DNA of 64,000 bases, taken from an uncultured Chloroflexia bacterium (GTDB taxonomy: Bacteria; Chloroflexota; Limnocylindria; Limnocylindrales; CSP1-4). Location: assembly GCA_963703155.1 (NCBI GenBank), contig OY969796.1, positions 3,350,151 to 3,414,150 on the forward strand, in the 5' to 3' direction. The notes under the pieces are model-generated. The model saw only the letters and a program-made list of their open reading frames with translations. It was not told where the DNA came from and ran no database searches. Position 1 is the first letter of the stretch, and each line of letters begins with the position of its first letter. Positions 18,983 to 29,590 of the stretch are shown here, in pieces. A program made the translations under genes and the position numbers.

Positions 18983-19143
18983 GCTGCGGATCGTGCCAAT
19001 TCTTCACAGTTCCGGACACCGCCCGGAAGTACCCCGGCGGTGCGGGACCTGCCCGTCTCGACCGCCCTGGTCAGGCGTCCCGGGCATCGGGCGCCGGCTG
19101 GCCGCCCGACAAGCCGCGGGACGGCCGCATGCGCCTTCTCGCC

Positions 19144-19713
19144 TCACCCCACCCGGAACGCCGCCGATTCCGGCCGCGCGAGCCAGTCCGCCAGCGTGCC
19201 GGCGGCCGCGTCCTTGGGCGATGTGAGCGGCGCGGCCACCGGCCAGGGGATGGCCAACACGGGATCGTCCCAGCGGATCGCCGACTCACAGGCCGGGTTG
19301 TACGTGCCGGTGCAGAAGTACTCGACCTCGGTCACGTCCGACAGGGCGCAGAAGCCGCGCGCGAAGGTGGCCGGTGCCCAGAACAGGAGCGGCTCGTCGG
19401 CGGACCCCTCAACCGCGACATGCTGCCCCAGCGTGGGCGAGCCGGGCCGGATGTCCGCGGCCACCATCAGCGCCCGGCCGGTGACCACGCGCATGAGCTT
19501 GCCCTGCGGCGGGTCCCACTGGAAGTGCAGGCCACGGACGACGCCCCGATTGGAGCGCGACTGGTTGACCTGGACGAAGCGGGCCGGCAGTCCGAGCGCC
19601 TCGAACTGGTCGGTGCGCAGGATCTCGGCGAACCAGCCCCGGTCGTCGGGGAAGGTCCGCGGCCGGACGATGCGGACCTCCGGGATGGACGTGGTCTCGA
19701 CGCTGAACGGCAC
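19144..19713 (-). CDS. rfbC: dTDP-4-dehydrorhamnose 3,5-epimerase
   Basis: FPDDRGWFAE, QVNQSRSNRGVVRGLHFQ, GKLMRV, FARGFCALS and IRWDDP. Confidence 0.92.
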   Translation of the reverse strand: MPFSVETTSIPEVRIVRPRTFPDDRGWFAEILRTDQFEALGLPARFVQVNQSRSNRGVVRGLHFQWDPPQGKLMRVVTGRALMVAADIRPGSPTLGQHVAVEGSADEPLLFWAPATFARGFCALSDVTEVEYFCTGTYNPACESAIRWDDPVLAIPWPVAAPLTSPKDAAAGTLADWLARPESAAFRVG

Positions 19714-19720
19714 CGGCCGA

Positions 19721-20470
19721 TTACATCATGACCAGCCCGCCGTCGACGGCGAGCACCTGCCCGGTGATGTACCCGGCCTCGTCCGAGGCGAGGAACGCCA
19801 CGGCGTTCGCGATCTCCTCGGTGGTGCCGAAGCGGCCGAGCGGCGTGCGGGCGGTGATCTCGTCCATGAGCGCCTGGGGCAGGTCCTGCGTGAGCTCGGT
19901 CAGGACGAAGCCGGGCGCCACCGCATTGACGGTGATCCCGCGCGAGGCGAGCTCACGGGCGGCCGCCTTGGTGAGCCCGATCAGACCGGCCTTGGCGGAC
20001 GAGTAGTTCGCCTGGCCCGTCTGGCCCGCCTGCCCCGACACGCTGGTGATGTTGATGATCCGCCCGCCGCGGGCCTTGAGCATCGGCCGGGTGACGGCCT
20101 TGAGCGCGTAGAACGCGCCGAACAGGTTGGTCTCGAGCACCTCGGACCACTCGTCGGAACCCATCCGCATGATCAGGTTGTCGCGCGTGATGCCGGCGTT
20201 GTTCACCAGGATGTCAACCTTGCCGAACGCAGCGAGGACGCCCTTGACCAGCGCCTCTGCGCCCTCCTGCGAGCGGGCGTCCGCCTGGACCGCGAGGGCG
20301 CGGCGCCCCAACGCCTCAACCTCGCCCGCCGTGGCCTCCGCCGCGGTGACGTTGCCCTTGTAGCTGAACGCCACGTCGGCGCCCTGGGTGGCGAGGCGCA
20401 GCACGATTGCCCGACCGATGCCGCGTGAGCCTCCGGTCACGAGCGCGGTCTTGCCGGTCAGGTCGAGCAT
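19721..20470 (-). CDS. fabG: 3-oxoacyl-ACP reductase
   Basis: TGGSRGIG, NNAGITRD, YSSAK (YxxxK) and GQVLAVDGGL. Confidence 0.95.
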   Translation of the reverse strand: MLDLTGKTALVTGGSRGIGRAIVLRLATQGADVAFSYKGNVTAAEATAGEVEALGRRALAVQADARSQEGAEALVKGVLAAFGKVDILVNNAGITRDNLIMRMGSDEWSEVLETNLFGAFYALKAVTRPMLKARGGRIINITSVSGQAGQTGQANYSSAKAGLIGLTKAAARELASRGITVNAVAPGFVLTELTQDLPQALMDEITARTPLGRFGTTEEIANAVAFLASDEAGYITGQVLAVDGGLVMM

Positions 20471-20513
20471 GCGCGGGTCCTCCTGGATTCGGGCGGCGCT
20501 GTCAGGCGACGCT

Positions 20514-21709
<1,196 letters not shown>

Positions 21710-21713
<4 letters not shown>

Positions 21714-22444
21714 GCGGGCTCAACCTCGATCAGCGGTGACTTGGCCTTCACGAGCTGGCCGTTGTCGGCGCAGATGCGCACCACCTTGCCGGCGAGGTCG
21801 CTCTTGATTTCATTGAACAGCTTCATCGCCTCGATCAGGCCGATGATCTGGCCCACCGAGACATGGTCCCCGACAGACACGTACGGCGTGGCGCCGGGCG
21901 ACGGGGCGCCGTAGAAGATCCCGGTGAGCGGCGCGTTCACCGACGGTCGGACCGGGGGCACGGCGGGCGCTGCGACCGGCGCCGGGGCCAGCGCGACGGC
22001 CGCGGCCCCGGAAGCGCCGCCGCCATCGGCGGGCGGCAGGAATGCGGACGTCGCGAGGACGCGCTCCACGGCAGCCGGCGAGCGCACGATGATCGTCGTG
22101 TCGCCCGCGCTGACCTCGAGCTCGGCGAGCTCGCCGCGGTCCAGGATCGCCGCCAGCCGGTCCACCAGGCCCAGCAGCGTGGCGTCGCCAGCATCGGTAG
22201 GCGCAAGGGGGCCGGGCGGCTCACCGGGACTGGACATCAGGTCGCCGTCTCGGGGCCGGGAGCGGCCGCCCGCTGTGGACGTGGACGGGGCCGGCCGAGG
22301 CGGATCCCCGGGCCCGACGGGCACCGGGTCGACGTGGCGGCGGCCGTGGCCGGACCCGTTCGTCGGCGTGGTCGAGCCGGTCTCCGGGGCGTGCTCCGCG
22401 GCGGCCGAGCCGGTGTCGGCGGGGAGGACCGGGTCGTCGCTCAT
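21710..22444 (-). CDS. accB: Acetyl-CoA carboxylase biotin carboxyl carrier protein (biotinylatable)
   Basis: APLTGIFYGAPSP and IEAMKLFNEI with the biotin Lys intact. It has a long low-complexity N-terminus, so the start may lie further downstream (ATG 22237). Confidence 0.88.
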
Positions 22445-23712
22445 GCTTCCCACCGGCGGAAGACCAGCGCCGTGTTCTGGCCGCCGAACCCGAACGAGTT
22501 GGACAGCGCCACCCGCGGGTCCCGTTTCGCCGCCACGTTGGGCGTGAGGTCCAGTCCCGCTGCCGCGTCGTCGGGATCGTCGAGGTTGATGGTGGGCGGC
22601 ACGATCCCGGTGCGCAGCGTCAGGACGGTCACGATCGCCTCCACGGCGCCGGCCGCGCCCAGCGTGTGGCCCAGCATGGACTTGTTGGCGGTCACGGACA
22701 CGTTGCGGGCATGATCGCCGAAGATCGTCCGGATCGCCTCCAGCTCCGCCTTGTCGCCCGGCGGCGTGGACGTGGCATGGGCATTGACGTGGTCCACCTC
22801 GGAGGGGTCGAGGCCGGCCTTGTCGAGCGCTCGGCGCGCCGCGCGGACCGCGCCGATCCCGCCCGGTGCCGGCAGCGTGATGTGCGAGGCGTCGGCCGTG
22901 GCGCCGTAGCCCACCAGCTCCGCGAGCGGGGCGGCGCCGCGCGCCTCGGCATGCTCGAGCGCCTCGAGGACCAGCACACCGCACCCTTCACCCACCACGA
23001 AGCCGTCTCGGGCCTTGTCGAACGGGCGCGAGGCGGCCTCGGGGTCGTCGTTCCGGGTGGACAGCGCCTTCATCGAGGCGAAGCCGCCGACGGTTGCCTC
23101 GTGGATCCCGGCCTCAACGCCGCCGGCGAGCATCAGGTCGGCATCACCCCGGCGGATGGTCTCCCACGCCTCGCCCAGCGCATGGCCGCCGGTGGCGCAG
23201 GCCGACACCGTGGCGAAGTTGGGCCCGAGGGCGCCGGTGGAGATGGCGACCTGCCCGGCGCCGACGTTGCCGATGCCCATGGGGACGAAGAAGGGCGAGA
23301 TCCGGTCGGGCCCGCGCTGGCCCATCACGAGCACGTTGTCGAACAGCGTGTGCACGCCGCCCAGCCCGGAGCCGATGATCACGCCAGCCCGCTCCGCGAG
23401 CTCGTCGTCGAAGCGCTCCGGCAGGCCAGCGTCGCGGACAGCCTGATGCGCCGTCCACACCGCGAACTGGATGTAGCGGTCGATGCGCCGGATCTCCTTG
23501 CGGTCGAGGACCGACGAGGGGTCGAAGCCCTTCGCCTCCGCTGCGAACCGCACGGCGAGGCGCGACGGGTCGAACGCCTGGATCGGCGCCACCCCGCTCC
23601 GACCGGCGACCAGGCCGTCCCACGTGGTCGCCACGTCGTTGCCCAGCGCGGTGATGGCGCCCATCCCGGTCACGACCACCCGCCGGGGCCGCTGGGGCCA
23701 GCTCCAGCTCAT
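22441..23712 (-). CDS. fabF: 3-oxoacyl-ACP synthase II
   Basis: RRVVVTGMG, SACATG (Cys), HATST and KSMLGHTLGAAG, plus SNSFGFGGQN. Confidence 0.95.
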   Translation of the reverse strand: MSWSWPQRPRRVVVTGMGAITALGNDVATTWDGLVAGRSGVAPIQAFDPSRLAVRFAAEAKGFDPSSVLDRKEIRRIDRYIQFAVWTAHQAVRDAGLPERFDDELAERAGVIIGSGLGGVHTLFDNVLVMGQRGPDRISPFFVPMGIGNVGAGQVAISTGALGPNFATVSACATGGHALGEAWETIRRGDADLMLAGGVEAGIHEATVGGFASMKALSTRNDDPEAASRPFDKARDGFVVGEGCGVLVLEALEHAEARGAAPLAELVGYGATADASHITLPAPGGIGAVRAARRALDKAGLDPSEVDHVNAHATSTPPGDKAELEAIRTIFGDHARNVSVTANKSMLGHTLGAAGAVEAIVTVLTLRTGIVPPTINLDDPDDAAAGLDLTPNVAAKRDPRVALSNSFGFGGQNTALVFRRWEA

Positions 23713-24456
23713 CGGACGTGCTTCCCCGTGCGCACCGTGGCTGCACGGTAGACGTCGCCCGGCAGCCCGCGCGCCGAGATGGCGCTCGCCACGGAGAGCG
23801 CGTCGTAGGCGGTCCGGCGGATGACCACGTCCACCTTGCCGTCGGCGATCGTCGCCATCGCCCAGCTCGCGGTGGGATCGCCGTCGAACACGTAGCCGCA
23901 CGACCCGTCGTTGACGATCACCTTCCAGCCGAGGTCGCGGACCTCGGGCACGTGCGTGTGGCCGACGAAGATGACCCGGGCGTCGGTGCCCGCGGCGCGC
24001 TCGTAGATCACCGACGCGTCGAGCGCCTGGTCGAAGCCGCGCGTCTGGGAGCCCGGGGAGGCGTGCACCACCAGCACCAGCGTGTCGTCGGCGGTGCGCA
24101 TGCGGCGCTCGGACGGCAGGCGGCGGAGCCAGTCGAGCTGGTCGTCGCCGAGCTCGTCATGGGCCCACTCGGCGGCCGCGGTGATCACCTCGGGCACGCC
24201 GTCCTGGTACTGCGGGTAGGCGGCGCCGTAGTCGAAGTCGCCGACCGCGATGTCGGTGTTGCCCGACACGATCAGCGCTCCCTCGGACTCGAGGTGCCGC
24301 AGCGCGTCAACGCAGCCGTTGGGATAGCGGGCCGTTGAGGATGAGGTCGCCAGCGACGAGGACCGCGTCGGGCTTCTCGCGGCGGATCTCGGCGGCAACG
24401 GCCTCGAGGGCCGTGAGGTTGCCGTGGATGTCGGACAGGACGGCGATGCGGGTCAT
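23709..24456 (-). pseudogene. Metallophosphoesterase (calcineurin-like, YfcE-type) with an apparent 1-nt frameshift near 24327-24331
   Basis: The frame from ATG 24456 reads MTRIAVLSDIHGNLTALEAV...VAGDLILNGP and then stops. The remaining motifs (GNTD, VHASPGS, GHTH, NDGSCG) are in the next frame. Length is 3n+1. This may be a sequencing error. Confidence 0.8.
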
Positions 24457-24505
24457 CGGGCAGTTCCCCGGGCGGGCGTGGAGGCGGCAATATCGAGGTG
24501 GACCG

Positions 24506-25000
24506 TCATCGCAGGGCCCCCGCGGGCGGGATGATGAAGGACAGGAGGCCCTCGCAGGCCACCTCGCCGTTCACGCTGGCCACCGCGCGGCCCTTGCCGA
24601 AGCGGCTGCCCAGCTTCTCCATGGTGACCTCGAGGCGGAGCGTGTCGCCCGGCACCACGATCCGCTTGAAGCGGACCTCGTCGATGCCCGCGAACAGGCC
24701 CATCCGGTCGCCGAAGCCCGGCTGCTTGGCCACGTAGACGGCCATCGTCTGGGCGAGCGCCTCCACCTGGAGGACGCCGGGCATCACCGGCATCTCCGGG
24801 AAGTGACCCCCGAAGAACCACTCGGTGGCGGTCACGGCCTTGATGCCCACGATCCTCTTGGCGTCGGGGTCGTACTCGATGATCCGGTCCACGAGCAGGA
24901 ATGGCCAGCGGTGCGGGATCAGCGATTGGATCTCGCGCGCGGTGTGGACGGTCCCGGGCGTCGCCGGGCTCTCGGCGGACGGGATGGCTTGGTCGGTCAC
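24506..25000 (-). CDS. fabZ: 3-hydroxyacyl-ACP dehydratase
   Basis: IPHRWPFLLVDRI, FFGGHFPEMPVMPGVLQVEALAQ and FKRIVVPGD. Confidence 0.95.
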   Translation of the reverse strand: MTDQAIPSAESPATPGTVHTAREIQSLIPHRWPFLLVDRIIEYDPDAKRIVGIKAVTATEWFFGGHFPEMPVMPGVLQVEALAQTMAVYVAKQPGFGDRMGLFAGIDEVRFKRIVVPGDTLRLEVTMEKLGSRFGKGRAVASVNGEVACEGLLSFIIPPAGALR

Positions 25001-25115
25001 GGGCGGCTCCTGGCGGGGTCGTCGGCAGCGTAGGCGGCGGCGATCGAGGCACGATGGCGGGTGTGTGCAGGGATGCACGCGCGGGCTGGCCGCGGCGCGC
25101 TGGACAGGACGCGCA

Positions 25116-26483
25116 TCAGGCGCGCTCGGCGGCCGCGAGGAAGGCAGCCGCGCCAACCCGGTCGAGCAGGTTGGTGGTGAAGTGCCCGGCGAGGAACGGC
25201 TCCGAGGCGAGGAGCGCCTGGTGGATCGCCACATTGGTGACCACCCCCTCGATCACGAGCTCTGCGAGGGCGGCCTTGCCGCGGGCGATCGCCGCCTCGC
25301 GGGTCTGGCCCCAGACGATCAGCTTGCCGAGCAGCGAATCGTAGTACGGGGGGATGTCGTAGCCGGTGTAGGCGTGGCTGTCGAAGCGGACGCCGGGGCC
25401 GCCGGGCGCGTTCAGCCGCTCGATGGTGCCGGCGCCGGGCCGGAACTCGTGGGCGGGGTCCTCGGCGTTGATCCGGAACTCGATCGCGTGGCCGTCCTGG
25501 TGCACGTCCGCCTGGGTGAACCCGAGCGGCTCGCCGGCGGCGATGCGGATCTGCGTGGCGACGAGGTCGATGCCCGTGAGCATCTCGGTGACCGGGTGCT
25601 CCACCTGGATCCGGCAGTTGATCTCGATGAAGTAGGCGTTGCCGTCGCCGTCGACCAGGAACTCGAGCGTGCCCACGTTCTCGTACCCGGCCGCGACCAC
25701 CGCCTTCACGGCTCGCTCGGCCAGTTCGCGGCGCCCGGCCGCTGTCATCGCGGGCGAGGGCGACTCCTCGAGGATCTTCTGGTGCCGGCGCTGGATGGAG
25801 CAGTCACGCTCCCAGAGGTGGACGCCATAGCCGAAGCGGTCCACGGCCACCTGGACCTCGACGTGGCGGTTGTCCTCCAGCCAGCGCTCGAGGTACAGCG
25901 CGTCGTCGCCGAACGCGGCGCGCGCCTCGGAGCGGCAGATCGGCAGGACGGCCGCGAGCTCCCGCGCGGAGCGGACCATGCGCATCCCCTTGCCGCCGCC
26001 CCCTGCGGAGGGCTTGACGAGGACCGGGTACCCCACCCGGCCCGCCTCCTCGAGGGCGTGGGCCTCGTCGCCGAGGAGCCCCGATCCGGGGATGGTCGGC
26101 AGGCCGTGGGCGGCGAGGAGGCGGCGGACCTCCTCCTTGGACGCGAACCTCTCGAGCACGGGTGCCGACGGGCCGATGAACGTCAGGCCGTGGGCGCGCA
26201 CTGCCTCGGCGAAGGCGTCGTCCTCGGACAGGAAGCCGTAGCCCGGGTGGATGGCGTCGCAGCCGGTGACCAGCGCGGCGGAGATGATGGCGGGAGCCGA
26301 GAGGTACGAGCGGCGGGCGTCGGCGGGGCCGATGCAGATGGCCTCGTCGGCGAGCAGCGCCGGCAGCGAGGCGCGGTCCGCCTCCGAGTACGCGACGACG
26401 GCCTCGATCCCCAGCGTCCGGCAGGCGCGGAGGATCCGGAGCGCGATCTCGCCCCGGTTGGCGATCAGGACGCGGCTGATCAT
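25116..26483 (-). CDS. accC: Acetyl-CoA carboxylase biotin carboxylase subunit
   Basis: MISRVLIANRGEIALRI, IHPGYGFLSE, GGGGKGM, EINCRIQVEHPVTE and YDSLLGKLI. Confidence 0.96.
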   Translation of the reverse strand: MISRVLIANRGEIALRILRACRTLGIEAVVAYSEADRASLPALLADEAICIGPADARRSYLSAPAIISAALVTGCDAIHPGYGFLSEDDAFAEAVRAHGLTFIGPSAPVLERFASKEEVRRLLAAHGLPTIPGSGLLGDEAHALEEAGRVGYPVLVKPSAGGGGKGMRMVRSARELAAVLPICRSEARAAFGDDALYLERWLEDNRHVEVQVAVDRFGYGVHLWERDCSIQRRHQKILEESPSPAMTAAGRRELAERAVKAVVAAGYENVGTLEFLVDGDGNAYFIEINCRIQVEHPVTEMLTGIDLVATQIRIAAGEPLGFTQADVHQDGHAIEFRINAEDPAHEFRPGAGTIERLNAPGGPGVRFDSHAYTGYDIPPYYDSLLGKLIVWGQTREAAIARGKAALAELVIEGVVTNVAIHQALLASEPFLAGHFTTNLLDRVGAAAFLAAAERA

Positions 26484-26485
26484 GC

Positions 26486-27046
26486 TCAGCCCTCCCCCGC
26501 CCCGTCGGCGCTCGTCGTCTCGGCATCCGGCTCGGGATCGCCCTCGACCAGCGCGATCTCCTCGCCGTACTCGACGCCGTCGCCAGCCTGCGGATACACC
26601 TCGATGACGGTGCCGTCGATCGGTGCGACGACATCGAGCGCGATCCCCAGCAGGTCCACCGTGGCGATGCGGTCCCCGGCGCGGACGCGGGTCCCCGGCG
26701 CGACGCCCGGCTTGAACATGCCAACGGTCGGCGAGAGCGCGGGCTCCCGCGGAGGCCCGCCGCCTGCGTCCTCGATCGGAGCGGCCGGTGCGGAGGCTGC
26801 GGCGCCAGACGGCGTCACGATGGGGGGCGCGGCGCGATGCGGGCGCTCGCGGCGGGGGCCGAGGCCGGCGGGCCGCCGGACACGGACGTGCCAGTCGCCC
26901 TCGCGGATCTCGACCTCGCCGAGGTTCGCGGCGCCCAGCTTCACGACGAGCGCGGGCACGAGCGCGTCGGCGAGGCGGGCGATCCCGGCGTGGTCGGCGG
27001 CGCGCTGGGCGGCGTTGCGGTCCCCGGGTCGGGGCTGGTCGGGCAT
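26486..27046 (-). CDS. BCCP-like protein lacking the biotin-accepting lysine
   Basis: BCCP-type N-terminus, Pro/Ala linker and biotinyl-domain frame (ALSPTVGMF...GDGVEYGEEIALVE). However, it has ATVDLLGIALDV where EAMKxxNEI is expected. Confidence 0.8.
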   Translation of the reverse strand: MPDQPRPGDRNAAQRAADHAGIARLADALVPALVVKLGAANLGEVEIREGDWHVRVRRPAGLGPRRERPHRAAPPIVTPSGAAASAPAAPIEDAGGGPPREPALSPTVGMFKPGVAPGTRVRAGDRIATVDLLGIALDVVAPIDGTVIEVYPQAGDGVEYGEEIALVEGDPEPDAETTSADGAGEG

Positions 27047-27049
27047 CGG

Positions 27050-28090
27050 CTAGACGTCCTCGCGGGCTGGTGGCTCGTCGCGCCGTCCCACCTGGAGCGG
27101 CGCGGGGATGGCTCGCGAACCGGCCTCGAGGAGACCGCGCAGGCGGTCGGCGAAGCCGCTCCGCGGCGGAGCGACGGGCGTGGGGACCTCGGTCACAACC
27201 TCGGTGTAGGCGCCGAGCGAACGGTAGCGGCGATAGCGCTGCTCGACCAGCAGCTCGAGCGGGATGGCCGTCAGGCGGTCCAGCTCGCGCAGCACCGCGG
27301 TCTTGATGCGCCTGCCCGTCTCCTCGTGGTCGGTGTGGGCGCCGCCCTCGGGCTCCGGGATGACGTGGTCGATCACGCCCAGCGCCTGCTGGTCGGCCGC
27401 GCTCATCCGCATGGCCGTGGCCGCAGTCGACGCCTCGTCGGTGGTGCGCCACAGGATGCTGGCGCAGCCCTCGGGCGAGATGACCGCGTAGACGGCGTTC
27501 TCCAGCGCGAGGACCACGTCGCCCACGGCGATCGCGAGCGCCCCGCCGGAGCCCCCCTCTCCGGTGATGACCGTGACGATGGGCGTCCGCAGTCTCGTCA
27601 TCAAGCCGACGGAGCGCGCGATGGCCTCCGCGATGCCGCGCTCCTCGGACTCGGGGCCCGGGTAGGCCCCGGGCACATCCACGAACGTCACGATCGGCAG
27701 GCCGCTGCGCTCCGCGAGCTCCATCACGCGCATCGCCTTGCGGTACCCCTCCGGGTGGGGCATCCCGAAGTTGCGGCGCAGGTTCTCCTCGGTGTCCGCG
27801 CCCTTCTGCTGGCCGACGACCGCCACGCGGTAGGGACCGATGCGCGCGAAGCCGGCCACGACCGCCTCGTCGTCGCCGAACGCCCGGTCACCGTGGAGCT
27901 CGATGACCTCATCGGCCATCACGGCGAGCAGCTCGAGGATCCGCGGGCGGCGCAGGTTGCGTGCGAGCTGGACGCGGGCCCAGACCTCCGCCCTGCGGTC
28001 CGCGGGCGCCGGCTCGGCGGACGCGGATGCCGCGGTGCCGGGCTCAGGCGCCTGGCGCTCCTCGCGCCGGCCCAGGATTCGGTCAACCAC
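27050..28090 (-). CDS. accA: Acetyl-CoA carboxylase carboxyltransferase alpha subunit
   Basis: VELHGDRAFGDDEAVV, RNFGMPHPEGYRKAMR, FVDVPGAYPG, GEGGSGGALA and VISPEGCASILW. Confidence 0.95.
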   Translation of the reverse strand: MVDRILGRREERQAPEPGTAASASAEPAPADRRAEVWARVQLARNLRRPRILELLAVMADEVIELHGDRAFGDDEAVVAGFARIGPYRVAVVGQQKGADTEENLRRNFGMPHPEGYRKAMRVMELAERSGLPIVTFVDVPGAYPGPESEERGIAEAIARSVGLMTRLRTPIVTVITGEGGSGGALAIAVGDVVLALENAVYAVISPEGCASILWRTTDEASTAATAMRMSAADQQALGVIDHVIPEPEGGAHTDHEETGRRIKTAVLRELDRLTAIPLELLVEQRYRRYRSLGAYTEVVTEVPTPVAPPRSGFADRLRGLLEAGSRAIPAPLQVGRRDEPPAREDV

Positions 28091-28934
28091 GAGGGGCCTC
28101 CGTCGAACTCGGGGCGAGGTAGCGGAGCAGCGCGGCAACCTCTCGTCGGAGATCCGCGCGGGCCACGACGCGGTCGACGAAGCCGTGGCGGAACAGGAAC
28201 TCGGCGCGCTGGAACCCGGGCGGCAGCTCCTGGCCAATCGTCCCGGCACCCACCCTGGCGCCCGCGAACCCGATCAACGCGTTGGGCTCGGCGAGGTTCA
28301 CGTCGCCCATCGCGGCGTAGCTCGCGAACACGCCGCCCGTGGTCGGGTCGCTCATCACCGACACGTACGGGACGTGGGCCGCGCGCAGCCGCTCGAGAGC
28401 GGCCATGGTCTTGGCGAGCTGCATCAGGGCCAGCGTCCCCTCCTGCATCCGCGCCCCGCCCGACGCCGAGACGATGATCAGCGGCACGCGGGAGGCGAGC
28501 GCGCCCTCTGCGGCGCGGGCGACCTTCTCGCCCACCACGGCGCCCATCGACCCGCCCATGAACCCGAAGTCCATGACCAGGATCGCGACGCGCTGGTCCT
28601 CGATGCGCCCGTAGCCCCAGACGGCGGCGTCACGGAGGCCGGTGGCGAGCTGTGCAGCGGCCAGGCGGTCGGGGTACGCCTTCTGGTCCACGAACCCGAG
28701 CGGGTCCTTGGACGTGAGGCCCGGATCGCGCTCCTCGAACGAGCCCGGGTCCAGCAGCTGCCCGAGGCGGAGCGCGGACGTGAGCCGGAAGTGGTGGCCG
28801 CACGACGGGCAGACGTGGAGCGTCTTCTCGAGCGCCTTGTTGAACAGCTGCTCGGAGCACGACGGGCAGCGCGTCCACAGCTTGTCCGGGACGGCCTCGT
28901 GACGGGAGCGGAAGCCCGGGAACTTGACGGGCAT
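28083..28934 (-). CDS. accD: Acetyl-CoA carboxylase carboxyltransferase beta subunit
   Basis: N-terminal C4 zinc finger (CPSC...CPSC), DFGFMGGSMG, SASGGARMQEG, PTTGGVFAS and GFAGARV. Confidence 0.96.
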   Translation of the reverse strand: MPVKFPGFRSRHEAVPDKLWTRCPSCSEQLFNKALEKTLHVCPSCGHHFRLTSALRLGQLLDPGSFEERDPGLTSKDPLGFVDQKAYPDRLAAAQLATGLRDAAVWGYGRIEDQRVAILVMDFGFMGGSMGAVVGEKVARAAEGALASRVPLIIVSASGGARMQEGTLALMQLAKTMAALERLRAAHVPYVSVMSDPTTGGVFASYAAMGDVNLAEPNALIGFAGARVGAGTIGQELPPGFQRAEFLFRHGFVDRVVARADLRREVAALLRYLAPSSTEAPRG

Positions 28935-29590
28935 CAGGCGGGCCCTCCGGGGATGCCCGCGGCCAGGTCGGCGAGGTCCGCGATGCGGCGGGCGTGGGCG
29001 GCCCTCGCAGCGCGGCTCATGGGTGCGCCGGCGGGACGAGAGGCGCGCCAGGCCACCCAGGCCACGCCCACGAGCGAGATGGCGGCTGAGGTGATCGCGC
29101 CGCCCACGAGGAGCGGCCGGGCCGGGGATCGGACGCCGTTGGCGCGGGCGACGGCCGCCTCGTCGGACGGGTCGAGCTGGCCGGCGAGGACCGCTGCGAG
29201 CAGCGCGTCGTCCGCCGGGATGCCAGCAGCGGGGAACGGGATGAGGTCGCCGGAGCGGTCCGCGACGTCAGCTCGACCGCGCAGCTCGCCTGCAGCGAGG
29301 TCGGCGATCTCGGCGGCCAGCCGCTCCTCGAACCGGAAGGACGGGTGGGCGCGGAGCAGCGTCGACCGGAGGACCGCGACGGCATGGCGCAAGGACGGAT
29401 CGAGTGCGCCCTGCTCGATGGCGGTCGCCCACCCCTCGAGGGCCCGCACACCGTCGGCGGTCCTCCCCGTCGTCATCGACGGCATCGGCGCCGCCCGGCG
29501 CTCGGCCTGCGCCAGCAGGGTGTCGAGATACTGGTCGGTCACCAGCGCATCGACCGACTCCTCGTGGTCCCGCGCTCGTGCCCGCCTCAC
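28934..29590 (-). CDS. Hypothetical protein, possible membrane-anchored anti-sigma factor
   Basis: Overlaps the ECF sigma stop codon (GTGA) and the accD start (TGATG). It has one C-terminal TM helix. The function is inferred from position only. Confidence 0.5.
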   Translation of the reverse strand: MRRARARDHEESVDALVTDQYLDTLLAQAERRAAPMPSMTTGRTADGVRALEGWATAIEQGALDPSLRHAVAVLRSTLLRAHPSFRFEERLAAEIADLAAGELRGRADVADRSGDLIPFPAAGIPADDALLAAVLAGQLDPSDEAAVARANGVRSPARPLLVGGAITSAAISLVGVAWVAWRASRPAGAPMSRAARAAHARRIADLADLAAGIPGGPA

